A DNA stretch of 64,000 nt from a virus. Taxonomy: Duplodnaviria > Caudoviricetes. Positions 54,889-64,000 of the stretch are shown here, one piece after another. The notes below the pieces were generated by a model. That model searched no databases, was not told where the DNA came from, and saw only the letters and a list, made by a program, of their open reading frames with translations. The stretch is from positions 64,001-128,000 of IMG/VR virus record IMGVR_UViG_3300027782_000030; one strand, given 5' to 3'. A program made the position numbers and the translations under genes. Numbering within the stretch: the first letter of the stretch is position 1; each line of letters begins with the position of its first letter.

Positions 54889-55682
54889 GTAGAGGATTCG
54901 TTATAATGGCACAAAACACTAGTGAGGTAGATTATGTTAAATGTGCCGAAACATTGGCTATGAGCATTTATAAAGTAATGCCAAAAGCAAAAGTTTCTAT
55001 CATAACCAATGACAGTGTAGATAGTACTAAGTTTGATAAGATTATTCCTTTGCCATATGGTGATTTAGATATTAGTAGTAAATGGAAACTCATCAATGAT
55101 TGGCAAGTGTACGAGGCTAGCCCGTATGATGAAACTATTAAACTAGAATCAGACATTATTATCCCTAGAGATATTATGCATTGGTTCGATGTATGTGGTA
55201 AACAAGACTTAGTGCTATGCACTACTATAAGAAATTTAAAACAAGAAATTTCAACGGTGCGTGGGTATCGTAGATTCATTGATGAGAACAAACTACCTGA
55301 TGTTTATAATGCTATTACCTATTTTAAAAAATCTGACATAGCCAAAACCTTTTTTGAAATCGTAAGAAATGTTTTTGAAAATTGGGAAGACTTTAAACGT
55401 ACATTGAAATGTAATCCACAAGAGCCAGCCAGCACAGATTGGGTGTATAGCATAGCAGCACACATAATAGGTAAAGAAAAAACTACAATGCCCACATTTA
55501 CTGAAATGAGTATGATACATATGAAACAGTTTATTAACGGTAATCCAACTGAAAATTGGACTGATACCTTTATCTATGAATGTTTATCCGATCAAATAAG
55601 AGTGCAAACAGTGCCCCAACTTTATCCTTTTCATTATCATGTTAAGAACTTTTGTGATAAAATTATGCGAGGGTACGCATGA
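54885..55682 (+). CDS. GT-A fold transferase-like protein, paralog of the upstream gene
   Basis: GFVIMAQ, IITND and SPYDETIKLESD (degenerate DxD). Same length (265 aa) as its neighbour. Confidence 0.6.
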   Translation: MSRGFVIMAQNTSEVDYVKCAETLAMSIYKVMPKAKVSIITNDSVDSTKFDKIIPLPYGDLDISSKWKLINDWQVYEASPYDETIKLESDIIIPRDIMHWFDVCGKQDLVLCTTIRNLKQEISTVRGYRRFIDENKLPDVYNAITYFKKSDIAKTFFEIVRNVFENWEDFKRTLKCNPQEPASTDWVYSIAAHIIGKEKTTMPTFTEMSMIHMKQFINGNPTENWTDTFIYECLSDQIRVQTVPQLYPFHYHVKNFCDKIMRGYA

Positions 55683-56008
55683 GCGATGATGTAGTTATTA
55701 TTTGGGAAGCGCCTAAGATTATTCCTCCCGAATTTCGTTTATACTACGACGATAAGGGCAATGTTATCTGCTATACTTGTCAAAAACTAGAAGGTCAGTA
55801 TATTGTAATTGACGCATTGACATATGCTATAGCAAGACCTGATATACGAATCATCGATGGAAAAATTTCAACAGTAGCACCCAATGCTGTAGTATATAAA
55901 CTAATGCCCGCCGATGAGGGTAAGGCATGTTCTTCAGAAGATATTAGTATAATCTCAGATGGATCTATAGAAACAACGAATTGGAAATTAAAAATTTATG
56001 AGTTATGA
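55679..56008 (+). CDS. Hypothetical protein (109 aa)
   Basis: Overlaps both neighbours in a coupled operon. Confidence 0.7.
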   Translation: MSDDVVIIWEAPKIIPPEFRLYYDDKGNVICYTCQKLEGQYIVIDALTYAIARPDIRIIDGKISTVAPNAVVYKLMPADEGKACSSEDISIISDGSIETTNWKLKIYEL

Positions 56009-56948
56009 TATAGTTGATGTAGCAGATTTAGATTGCATCTATCTTAGTTATGATGAGCCACAGAAAGAAGAGTTTTGGCTTAAGATTAAAAATATGGTTC
56101 CTTGGGCTAAAAGAGTAGATGGGGTAAAGGGCAGTGATGCAGCACACAAAGCAGCCGGTGAAGCCAGCGACACCGAAAGATTTATTCTGATTGACGGTGA
56201 TAATATGCCCGATGAAAGTTTTTTCAATCTTCAACTAGACTTTACTGATAAAGATCCTAAGTACAAAAAAGCACAGTTTCGTTGGAAAGCAATCAACAGC
56301 ATCAACGGGCTTCGTTATGGCAACGGTGGTATGAGTTCTTGGACAAAAACATATGTTAGTGAAATGCGAACCCATGAACATCAAAAAGATGGTGATCTAT
56401 CTCGTGTTGCTGATTTTTGTTTAGATAGTGCTGACAATTTGTATTGGGCAATGTATGATTGTTATAGTACTACATATCCTAACTATACTCCCTTTCAAGC
56501 ATGGCGTGCTGGCTTCCGTGAAGGTGTGAAAATGTGCTTGAATCGTGGCGCAGTTCCATCTATAGATGAATTTAAAGAAACGGTAGCAAGTCGCAACTTA
56601 AATAATCTTACTATATGGCACAATGTTGGGGCAGATGTTGATAATGGATTGTGGGCCATATATGGCGCCCGCCTTGGAACATATATGACTATGCTAACTT
56701 CTTGGGAACATGTTAATGTACAGTGGTTTGACAACTACACTGTACTATGGGAAGAACACAAAGATAAAGACTCGGAGCGTGAAGCAACACTGCTAGGTGC
56801 TGCGCTACATGATAAACTTGGATTGCCTATGTGTACTCTAAGTAAAGAGCAGAGTAAATTCTTCAAACGTCATTATAACGCAGACAAGCATAATTTAGGT
56901 CCTTTGATCACCGAAATGGATGTGATCCGTAGAATCGAAGGATGGTAA
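55998..56948 (+). CDS. Putative GT-A fold glycosyltransferase-like protein
   Basis: CIYLSYDE, RVDGVKGSDAAHKAA and the DxD motif FILIDGDN. Confidence 0.55.
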   Translation: MSYDIVDVADLDCIYLSYDEPQKEEFWLKIKNMVPWAKRVDGVKGSDAAHKAAGEASDTERFILIDGDNMPDESFFNLQLDFTDKDPKYKKAQFRWKAINSINGLRYGNGGMSSWTKTYVSEMRTHEHQKDGDLSRVADFCLDSADNLYWAMYDCYSTTYPNYTPFQAWRAGFREGVKMCLNRGAVPSIDEFKETVASRNLNNLTIWHNVGADVDNGLWAIYGARLGTYMTMLTSWEHVNVQWFDNYTVLWEEHKDKDSEREATLLGAALHDKLGLPMCTLSKEQSKFFKRHYNADKHNLGPLITEMDVIRRIEGW

Positions 56949-58348
56949 TGAGTACTGAACAAAAACGCATTAAAGACATTAAGATTAAAATAGAAAATGA
57001 AGTAGGTCCTACTTTTTGTCTAGCCAAATGGCATCATGTCACAATGTATCTACAATCCGGTGAAACACATAGTTGCTATCACCCCCAACCGCATAGGATC
57101 CCATTAAGCGAAATAATTGACAACCCTTCTGCACTACATAACACTAGTCAGAAGAAAGAAGAACGAAAGTTAATGTTAGATGGTGGCAAGCCTGAGGGTT
57201 GCCAGTACTGTTGGAACATTGAAGCAATGGGTCCTGACTATATCAGTGATCGGCATATTCGCAATGCTAGCATCTTTACTGAAGAAAGATATGAACAGAC
57301 TACCAAAGGACTTTGGAATCAAAATATAAACCCTGAGTACATTGAGATTAACTTTGGTAACGAATGTAATTTTAAATGTGGTTATTGTCATCCAAAGTAC
57401 AGTACTAGTTTTTATAAAGAGATTGAAAAATATGGTCCTGTCACAACAGTAAAAAATCATCGTTGCGATATAGATTGGATGAAATTATATCAGCGTGAAG
57501 ATGACAATCCATATGTTGATGCATTTTGGAAATGGTGGCCTGAACTTCGCAAGACCCTGACTATTATGCGTATTACTGGAGGGGAACCAACTCTACATAA
57601 GTCTACATGGCAATTGTTAGATTCAATCGAAGCAGATCCGATGCCATGGTTAGAGTTAAATATTAATAGTAACTTAGGAACCAAACCTCTTCTTATAGAA
57701 CGGCTTTCTCAAAAAGTAAAAAATCTTACTGACACTGGTAAAATTAAAAGTTTTAAATTGTTCACTAGCATGGATACATGGGGTAAGCGAGCCGAGTATA
57801 TTCGCACTGGATTAGACTTAGAGTTATGGGAACAAAATTTTCATACTTACCTTAAAAACACTGATAGCCCGATTACTTTTATGATTACATTTAATATCTT
57901 TAGTGTAACTACATTTAAAAGTTTTCTTGAAAAATTAATTGAATGGCGTAAAATTTATGGGTGGTATGATGATCCTACCAATCCACAACACCGTGTAAGA
58001 TTTGACACTCCATATCTTAGAGATCCTGTTCAGTATGATATGAATATTTTACCTAAAGAAGAATTCATGCCATATATGCATGATGCTCTATCTTATATGA
58101 AAGAGAATACTGATGATACTAGAGCAGACGCATTTAGTACAATTGAGTATGAAAAATTTAAGCGTGTAGTAGATTATATGGCTGAAACGGTATACCCTGA
58201 AGAAAAATTGCTACAAGGACGTAGAGACTTTTATAATTGGTTCAACGAATTGGATGAGCGTAGAGAAACTGATATGATATCTATATTTCCTGAATATTTG
58301 GGTTTCTATCGTATGTGCCAAGAAACAAACTCACTTAACCCACTATGA
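56942..58348 (+). CDS. Radical SAM protein with N-terminal Cys-rich (SPASM/twitch-like) domain
   Basis: CNFKCGYC and ITGGEPT. N-terminal FCLAKW...SCYH...CQYC. Confidence 0.92.
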   Translation: MVMSTEQKRIKDIKIKIENEVGPTFCLAKWHHVTMYLQSGETHSCYHPQPHRIPLSEIIDNPSALHNTSQKKEERKLMLDGGKPEGCQYCWNIEAMGPDYISDRHIRNASIFTEERYEQTTKGLWNQNINPEYIEINFGNECNFKCGYCHPKYSTSFYKEIEKYGPVTTVKNHRCDIDWMKLYQREDDNPYVDAFWKWWPELRKTLTIMRITGGEPTLHKSTWQLLDSIEADPMPWLELNINSNLGTKPLLIERLSQKVKNLTDTGKIKSFKLFTSMDTWGKRAEYIRTGLDLELWEQNFHTYLKNTDSPITFMITFNIFSVTTFKSFLEKLIEWRKIYGWYDDPTNPQHRVRFDTPYLRDPVQYDMNILPKEEFMPYMHDALSYMKENTDDTRADAFSTIEYEKFKRVVDYMAETVYPEEKLLQGRRDFYNWFNELDERRETDMISIFPEYLGFYRMCQETNSLNPL

Positions 58349-59601
58349 ATAAAGAACATTTACTAAAAGAAAGCAAATCATTTTGCATGTTACCATGGGT
58401 TCATTTCACGACTAGTCCTAGTGGTGATGCACTACCGTGTTGTATAGCAAAAACACCTATTGATGAGTTTGGATTTCATCGTCCGTTGGGTAATACTACT
58501 AGAGAAAGTATGATAGAAATTGTCAATTCTAAAGGAATGAACCAACTTAGACTTGACATGCTATCAGATGTTAAGAATACTATGTGTTCGACCTGTCACG
58601 CACATGATGATTTATTATTGGGAAGTTTTCGTTCTAGTTCAAATAAACAATACAGTAAACATTTTGATAATGTAATTGCTTCTACAAACGAAGATGGTTC
58701 TTTATCTGAATTTAAGATGAGATATTTTGATATTAGGTTTAGTAACATATGTAACTTTAAATGTAGAACATGTGGACCTGACTGGAGTAGTCAATGGGAA
58801 CAAGAAAACATTAAAAATAATATTTACCAACACAATATTATTAAAAATAATAAAAAAGAATTTTTAGAAGAAGTAATCAATCAAATCCCTAATATTGAAG
58901 AAGCATACTTTGCAGGAGGTGAACCTCTTATTACAGAAGAGCACTATATTCTGTTAGAAGAAATGATTAGGCAAGGTAGAACAGACACAGTGTTAAGGTA
59001 TAATACAAATCTAAGTAATTTAAAATTTAAAAACAAAGACTTAATGAGTCTTTGGAAACAGTTTACAAATAATATACAAATTTACGCCAGTGTAGATCAT
59101 TATGGGGAACGTGCTGAATATATACGACATGGGACAGATTGGACTGTAATAGAAGAAAACTTTTTATTAGCTAAAAAATCACCATATATTCAGTTACAAA
59201 TGAATACAGTGTTAAGTTTGTATAATTATAAAACTTTTTTAGAATTTTATCAGTATTTGTTTGATAAAGGGCTATATTCATCAACAGACAATACATATTC
59301 AATATATACTATGAGTTCACCTGAATTTCTTACTTCGAATATTTTACCACAGCACCATAAAGAAGAGGGTAAAATTAAAATATTAAAGTTGATAGATATT
59401 ATGAAGTCTATGGGATTTACAAAAAAACCCAACACTCTACATTTAGTGCAGGGCATCATTGATTGGACTATGGCGCCTAGTCAAAATACATGGGACAAAT
59501 ATAAAGAAGAATTTCAAACTAATACTGAACAACGAGATTCCCTTCGAGGTGAAAGTTTTGTCAAAACTTTTCCTGAACTTGCTGATTTAATGGAGGATTA
59601 A
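58345..59601 (+). CDS. Radical SAM protein with N-terminal twitch-like domain
   Basis: CNFKCRTC and FAGGEPL. N-terminal FCMLPW...GDALPCC...CSTC. Confidence 0.93.
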   Translation: MNKEHLLKESKSFCMLPWVHFTTSPSGDALPCCIAKTPIDEFGFHRPLGNTTRESMIEIVNSKGMNQLRLDMLSDVKNTMCSTCHAHDDLLLGSFRSSSNKQYSKHFDNVIASTNEDGSLSEFKMRYFDIRFSNICNFKCRTCGPDWSSQWEQENIKNNIYQHNIIKNNKKEFLEEVINQIPNIEEAYFAGGEPLITEEHYILLEEMIRQGRTDTVLRYNTNLSNLKFKNKDLMSLWKQFTNNIQIYASVDHYGERAEYIRHGTDWTVIEENFLLAKKSPYIQLQMNTVLSLYNYKTFLEFYQYLFDKGLYSSTDNTYSIYTMSSPEFLTSNILPQHHKEEGKIKILKLIDIMKSMGFTKKPNTLHLVQGIIDWTMAPSQNTWDKYKEEFQTNTEQRDSLRGESFVKTFPELADLMED

Positions 59602-60831
59602 ATGGCACATGATACTGATTATTTACTAACGAAAAGTGAAACATTTTGTATGTTTCCGTGGGTTCACTTTATGGCAACACCTTCAGGAGACGTATTTCCT
59701 TGCTGTGTTGGTGTCACAGAAACTCCCATGACTAAAATAAATCCTGATTCTACCTTTGAAACTATTATTAATAGTGATAATTTTAAAAAATTACGCAGAG
59801 ATATGTTATCGGAAACTAAAAATTCAACATGCACACATTGTTACAATACAGAAAAATTTAATAAAAGTTGGCGCTCTTTTGGAAATGTTACATTTAATTC
59901 CGACATAAATGAGGTATTAAGTAATACTAAAGAAGATGGTACTCTAGACAATTTTAAAATGAAATATTATGATATTAGATTTAATAATATTTGTAATTTT
60001 AAATGCCGAATGTGCGGCCCTGATTATAGTTCACTATGGGCACAAGAAGAAAATAATAGACTAAAACCATATCATCAAATACCTGTTTATAACTTGTCAA
60101 AAAATACTAAAATTCTCTCAGAATTTTTATCACATGTTGATGATGTAGAATTTGTGTATTTTGCAGGTGGTGAACCAATGATCACTGAAGAACATTACAC
60201 TATTTTAGAAGAGTTGATTAGGAAAAATAAAACTCATGTTAAAATAAGATATAACACAAATTGCAGTGTCTTGTCATATAAAGATAAAAATATATTTGAT
60301 TTATGGAAATATTTTGATCATATTGATATATCAGCAAGTATGGATCATATAGGTGAACGTGCAGAATATATTAGAACTGGAACAGATTGGGCAGTAATTG
60401 AGAATAATTTACACAGACTTAACAATGTTGAAAATATTACATTGTCTATTAATACTGTGCTTAGTGTATATAATTATACTACATTACCATTATTATATGA
60501 ATATTTTATTGATTTTGGGATTGTTAATAGCACTGTTTCAAATAATAGTTTAATATGTACTACTGACCCTAAATATTTTGCTGCCACTACCTTGCCTAAA
60601 ATTCTGAAAGAACAATGTTTGGCAAACAATTTAAAACTGCTTGATAAGATGAATTCTATAAATTCAGGATACTTAATTGAACCGGCTATTAAGTTTACAA
60701 ATTCAAGTGATGATTGGGATAAACAAAAAGAAAACTTTTTAAAAGAAACTTTATTGAGAGATGGGCTTAGAAACGATTCGTTTGAAAAAACTTTTCCTGA
60801 ATTAAAAATGATGATGGATATTAATTCATGA
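59602..60831 (+). CDS. Radical SAM protein with N-terminal twitch-like domain
   Basis: CNFKCRMC and FAGGEPM. N-terminal FCMFPW...GDVFPCC...CTHC. Confidence 0.93.
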   Translation: MAHDTDYLLTKSETFCMFPWVHFMATPSGDVFPCCVGVTETPMTKINPDSTFETIINSDNFKKLRRDMLSETKNSTCTHCYNTEKFNKSWRSFGNVTFNSDINEVLSNTKEDGTLDNFKMKYYDIRFNNICNFKCRMCGPDYSSLWAQEENNRLKPYHQIPVYNLSKNTKILSEFLSHVDDVEFVYFAGGEPMITEEHYTILEELIRKNKTHVKIRYNTNCSVLSYKDKNIFDLWKYFDHIDISASMDHIGERAEYIRTGTDWAVIENNLHRLNNVENITLSINTVLSVYNYTTLPLLYEYFIDFGIVNSTVSNNSLICTTDPKYFAATTLPKILKEQCLANNLKLLDKMNSINSGYLIEPAIKFTNSSDDWDKQKENFLKETLLRDGLRNDSFEKTFPELKMMMDINS

Positions 60832-62057
60832 TTGATAAAAATTATTTACTAAATGAAAGTAAAGTGTTTTGTATGTTTCCATGGATGCACTTAAATGTAA
60901 CTCCTAAGGGAGATATATATCCCTGTTGTAGCAATGACTACACTGTTCCATATGGCAATACTAAAGAAACTAGCCTCAAAGAAGCATTTAATAATCACCA
61001 AATGAAACAATTGAGATTAGATATGTTGGCTAACAAACCAAACAAGATATGTAACTTTTGCTATAAACATGAAGAAGCAGGTCCCCATAGTTTCAGAAAC
61101 TATAGCAAAGAACAGTTTGGTAAACACTTTGATGAGATTATACCCACTACACTTGAAGATGGTACTGTTCCTGAATTCAAAATGCATTACTTTGATATTA
61201 GGTTTAGTAACATATGCAACTTCAAATGCAGAACATGTGGGTCAGAATTTAGTAGTCAATGGGGAGCAGAAATGCGAGCCAATCATGATCCTAAACATCC
61301 TATAGTGATTCATGCCGACGAAAAAGGCAATTTACTTCGTGAAGTATTGGATCAGGTAGAACATATTGATTTGGCATATTTTGCGGGTGGCGAGCCTACT
61401 CTGACAGAAGAACACTATATTATGTTAGAGGAAATGATTCGCAAAAAGCGTACGGATATTACACTTAGGTATAATACTAATGCTAGTAATATTAAGTTCA
61501 AAGACTATGATTTGTTAGACATGTGGAAACACTTTAAAAAAATTGAACTAAGTTGTAGTATAGATCATTATGGCGAACGGGCTGAATGGTTACGACATGG
61601 AACTGATTGGGGTCTAGTTGAAAGTAACCTGTTAAAGTTTAGAGAATTAGATTATATCTCATTCCAATTGAACACTGTTTTTTCATTGTTTAACTACTTG
61701 ACTATTGGAGAATTCTACTCGTATCTAAAAAGTAAAGGATTGGTTCGTACTCATGATTGGTATCATAGTTTATACTTAGCAGTGCATCCTAGTCACTATA
61801 GTGCTAAGAGTTTACCCAAAGAATTAAAGATTGATGCGACAAATAAGGCTATGGCTTGGGCAAATCAGTATCGGGATGATGAAACATCATTATCACGTTT
61901 AGTAACAGATGCGGTTAACTTTGCAAAAGATTCTGATATTTGGGCTGAGAATAAAGAAACATTTATGATGCATACTGGATCAGGGGATAAGATACGAGGC
62001 GAAAATTTTTGGAAAACATTCCCTGAATTAAATAAACTACAAGATTTGACGGAGTAA
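60828..62057 (+). CDS. Radical SAM protein with N-terminal twitch-like domain
   Basis: CNFKCRTC and FAGGEPT. N-terminal FCMFPW...GDIYPCC...CNFC. Confidence 0.93.
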   Translation: MIDKNYLLNESKVFCMFPWMHLNVTPKGDIYPCCSNDYTVPYGNTKETSLKEAFNNHQMKQLRLDMLANKPNKICNFCYKHEEAGPHSFRNYSKEQFGKHFDEIIPTTLEDGTVPEFKMHYFDIRFSNICNFKCRTCGSEFSSQWGAEMRANHDPKHPIVIHADEKGNLLREVLDQVEHIDLAYFAGGEPTLTEEHYIMLEEMIRKKRTDITLRYNTNASNIKFKDYDLLDMWKHFKKIELSCSIDHYGERAEWLRHGTDWGLVESNLLKFRELDYISFQLNTVFSLFNYLTIGEFYSYLKSKGLVRTHDWYHSLYLAVHPSHYSAKSLPKELKIDATNKAMAWANQYRDDETSLSRLVTDAVNFAKDSDIWAENKETFMMHTGSGDKIRGENFWKTFPELNKLQDLTE

Positions 62058-62059
62058 AA

Positions 62060-63337
62060 ATGCAAAACCCCTTGGTAATAGAAAATTTAGTTAAGTTTGG
62101 AAAACACTTTTGTGTATTACCTTGGGTACATTTTCACTCATGGCCAGACGGTAAAGTAATGCCTTGTTGTGTCGCAGATAGTTCTATGCCAGTGGCAAAT
62201 ATTAATGATGGCGAATCTATTATTCAGATGATGAATAGTGATGACTACAAAAAAATGCGTGAAGCAATGCTAGTTGATGAGCCTGTCGAAGCATGTAGAA
62301 GGTGTTATGACTTAGAACTATTAGGTACGTGGACTATGCGTAAAAGTCATAATAAACGCAGAGGTCTAGAATATGTTAACATGATTGCAGAAACTACCGA
62401 TGATGACGGTACTATTTCTGAATTCAACATGAAGTATATGGACTTGCGTTTCAGTAATATGTGTAATATGAAATGCCGTAGTTGTGGTCCTGGATGTAGT
62501 AGTCTTTGGGCACAGGAATATGTTGATGAAAAGGGCATAGATGAATACGAAAAGCATTTTAAAACTAAAAAAATTGTAGTCAATACCGCAGAAGAAATGA
62601 GTTTTATGAGTAAACTAAAACCATATCTTAAAGACGTATTAGAAGTTTATTTTGCAGGTGGAGAAATCATTATTACTCCTGAGCATTATGAGTGCTTAGA
62701 CTACTGGGTTGAAAATGGATTGACGGATCAAGTTGAGTTGACCTATACTACTAATTTTAGTGCAATGAAATATAAAGACAAAGACTTGCTTGGGTATTGG
62801 AAGAAGTTCCCTCAATTAAAAATTTGGGCTAGCCTAGATGCACATGGCGATGTAGCAGAAGTTATACGCAAGGGTACAGATTGGGAAAGAATTGTTAAAA
62901 ACATTAGAACATTAAAAGAACAAGTACCTCATGCACAATTTCAAATTACCCCAACCCTTAGCATTTGGAATATATTTGATTTCCCTGATTTTTTTGATTA
63001 TCTGATTAAAGAAAATTTGATAGATGATAAGACAACTAGCCCAAGATTTAATCTAGCAACTAATCCATGGTACGCAAACATCATGATTCTACCTGTTTCT
63101 GTTAAACATAGGTTAATGGAATTGTACAGAGTGTATGCGGATAGATATGAAAATGTCAATATTGAACTACACAATGGCTTTAAAATGATAATTTACAATT
63201 TAAGCGTTGGTGAAGAGAATAAAGGCGGCATTTTAGAGTTTAAAAAGTTCAATGATGAACTAAATCAATTTAGAAATGAAAAGATAGAAGATATTATTCC
63301 TGAACTCAAAGAGATATATCAGTGGGCCGAAAGTTAA
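62060..63337 (+). CDS. Radical SAM protein with N-terminal twitch-like domain
   Basis: CNMKCRSC and FAGGEI. N-terminal FCVLPW...GKVMPCC...CRRC. Confidence 0.93.
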   Translation: MQNPLVIENLVKFGKHFCVLPWVHFHSWPDGKVMPCCVADSSMPVANINDGESIIQMMNSDDYKKMREAMLVDEPVEACRRCYDLELLGTWTMRKSHNKRRGLEYVNMIAETTDDDGTISEFNMKYMDLRFSNMCNMKCRSCGPGCSSLWAQEYVDEKGIDEYEKHFKTKKIVVNTAEEMSFMSKLKPYLKDVLEVYFAGGEIIITPEHYECLDYWVENGLTDQVELTYTTNFSAMKYKDKDLLGYWKKFPQLKIWASLDAHGDVAEVIRKGTDWERIVKNIRTLKEQVPHAQFQITPTLSIWNIFDFPDFFDYLIKENLIDDKTTSPRFNLATNPWYANIMILPVSVKHRLMELYRVYADRYENVNIELHNGFKMIIYNLSVGEENKGGILEFKKFNDELNQFRNEKIEDIIPELKEIYQWAES

Positions 63338-64000
63338 TAGCTATAGAGGCTCCCCAGCCTTACTTGGCCGTTACATGGCAAGTTAATAACTATTGTAACT
63401 TTAGGTGTAGTTATTGTAACCCGGGTAATTGGGGAGGCACTGACATCAATGATGGCAATCTAGACTTATACATCAACAATCTAGATATTATCATTAATCG
63501 TTATAGAGAGATAGGTTATAAGAATTTTAAATTTTTCTTTAGTGGTGGTGAGCCCACTGCTTGGCGTAACTTTATTCCAATATGTGAATGGTTATACAAA
63601 GAACTACCCCATGCTACTCTAGCCGTTAACACTAACCTAAGTCGCCCATTGAAATGGTGGCAAAAGAATCATTATCTATTTGATGATGTGGTCGCTAGTT
63701 TCCATGTAGAGTTTGCCGATAAAAATCGCTATGAAGAAAATAGTATATTCTTATGCGATAAGGTAAACTATTTGGCTACTAAGATGTTACTACATGAAGA
63801 AAGATTTTGGGAAATAGTAGAATTTGGTAAGCACTTAAAAACAGTAATGCCAAACTACTTTTTAGAATGGACTCCGCTATTTGATGAGATGAGTGTAAAC
63901 GCAGGTCCTTGGACATACAAAGATCCTGCAAAAACCCAGTTCATTAACGATTGTACATCAGAGCATCAACAAACTAAACCAAAGCCTGATAAACGATCAA
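63322..64000 (+). CDS. Radical SAM protein (partial, runs off the window; not in ORF track)
   Basis: Probable GTG start at 63322 (in-frame stop at 63301). Translates as ...LAVTWQVNNYCNFRCSYCNPGNW...FSGGEPT. Confidence 0.88.
   Translation, partial: MGRKLIAIEAPQPYLAVTWQVNNYCNFRCSYCNPGNWGGTDINDGNLDLYINNLDIIINRYREIGYKNFKFFFSGGEPTAWRNFIPICEWLYKELPHATLAVNTNLSRPLKWWQKNHYLFDDVVASFHVEFADKNRYEENSIFLCDKVNYLATKMLLHEERFWEIVEFGKHLKTVMPNYFLEWTPLFDEMSVNAGPWTYKDPAKTQFINDCTSEHQQTKPKPDKRS

Noticed and set aside
1-64000. Stop-codon reassignment (alternative genetic code)
   Set aside because: Standard-code ORFs tile the window densely, including a 19-kb ORF, and conserved proteins are full length.

Overview
The window is part of a large, AT-rich, T4-like (myovirus-type) bacteriophage genome. 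It is almost fully coding and uses the standard genetic code. From 1 to 13.8 kb on the minus strand lie two tandem GT2 glycosyltransferases, a free-standing HNH endonuclease, the head module (gp23 capsid, scaffold, gp21 protease, acidic core protein, gp20 portal) and a tape-measure-like protein with a GH19 muramidase domain. From 13.9 to 15.0 kb on the plus strand is a gp26/gp51-like chaperone pair joined by a strong -1 frameshift signal. From 15.0 to 15.5 kb is an ORF-free, hairpin-dense region. From 15.5 to 19.7 kb on the minus strand are an Hjc-type resolvase, gp46, gp47 and the gp55 late sigma factor. From 19.9 to 53.7 kb on the plus strand is the baseplate/tail module, including an extended gp5, gp25, gp6 and a 6346-aa repeat-rich protein. 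From 53.8 kb to the window end is a tightly coupled operon of GT-A-like transferases and six tandem radical SAM enzymes behind a late-promoter box. The best leads are this late glycosylation/radical-SAM operon, the frameshift, the structured non-coding region, apparently leaderless late mRNAs and a possible ~50-nt late small RNA. All family assignments come from motif recognition by eye; no database search was run.
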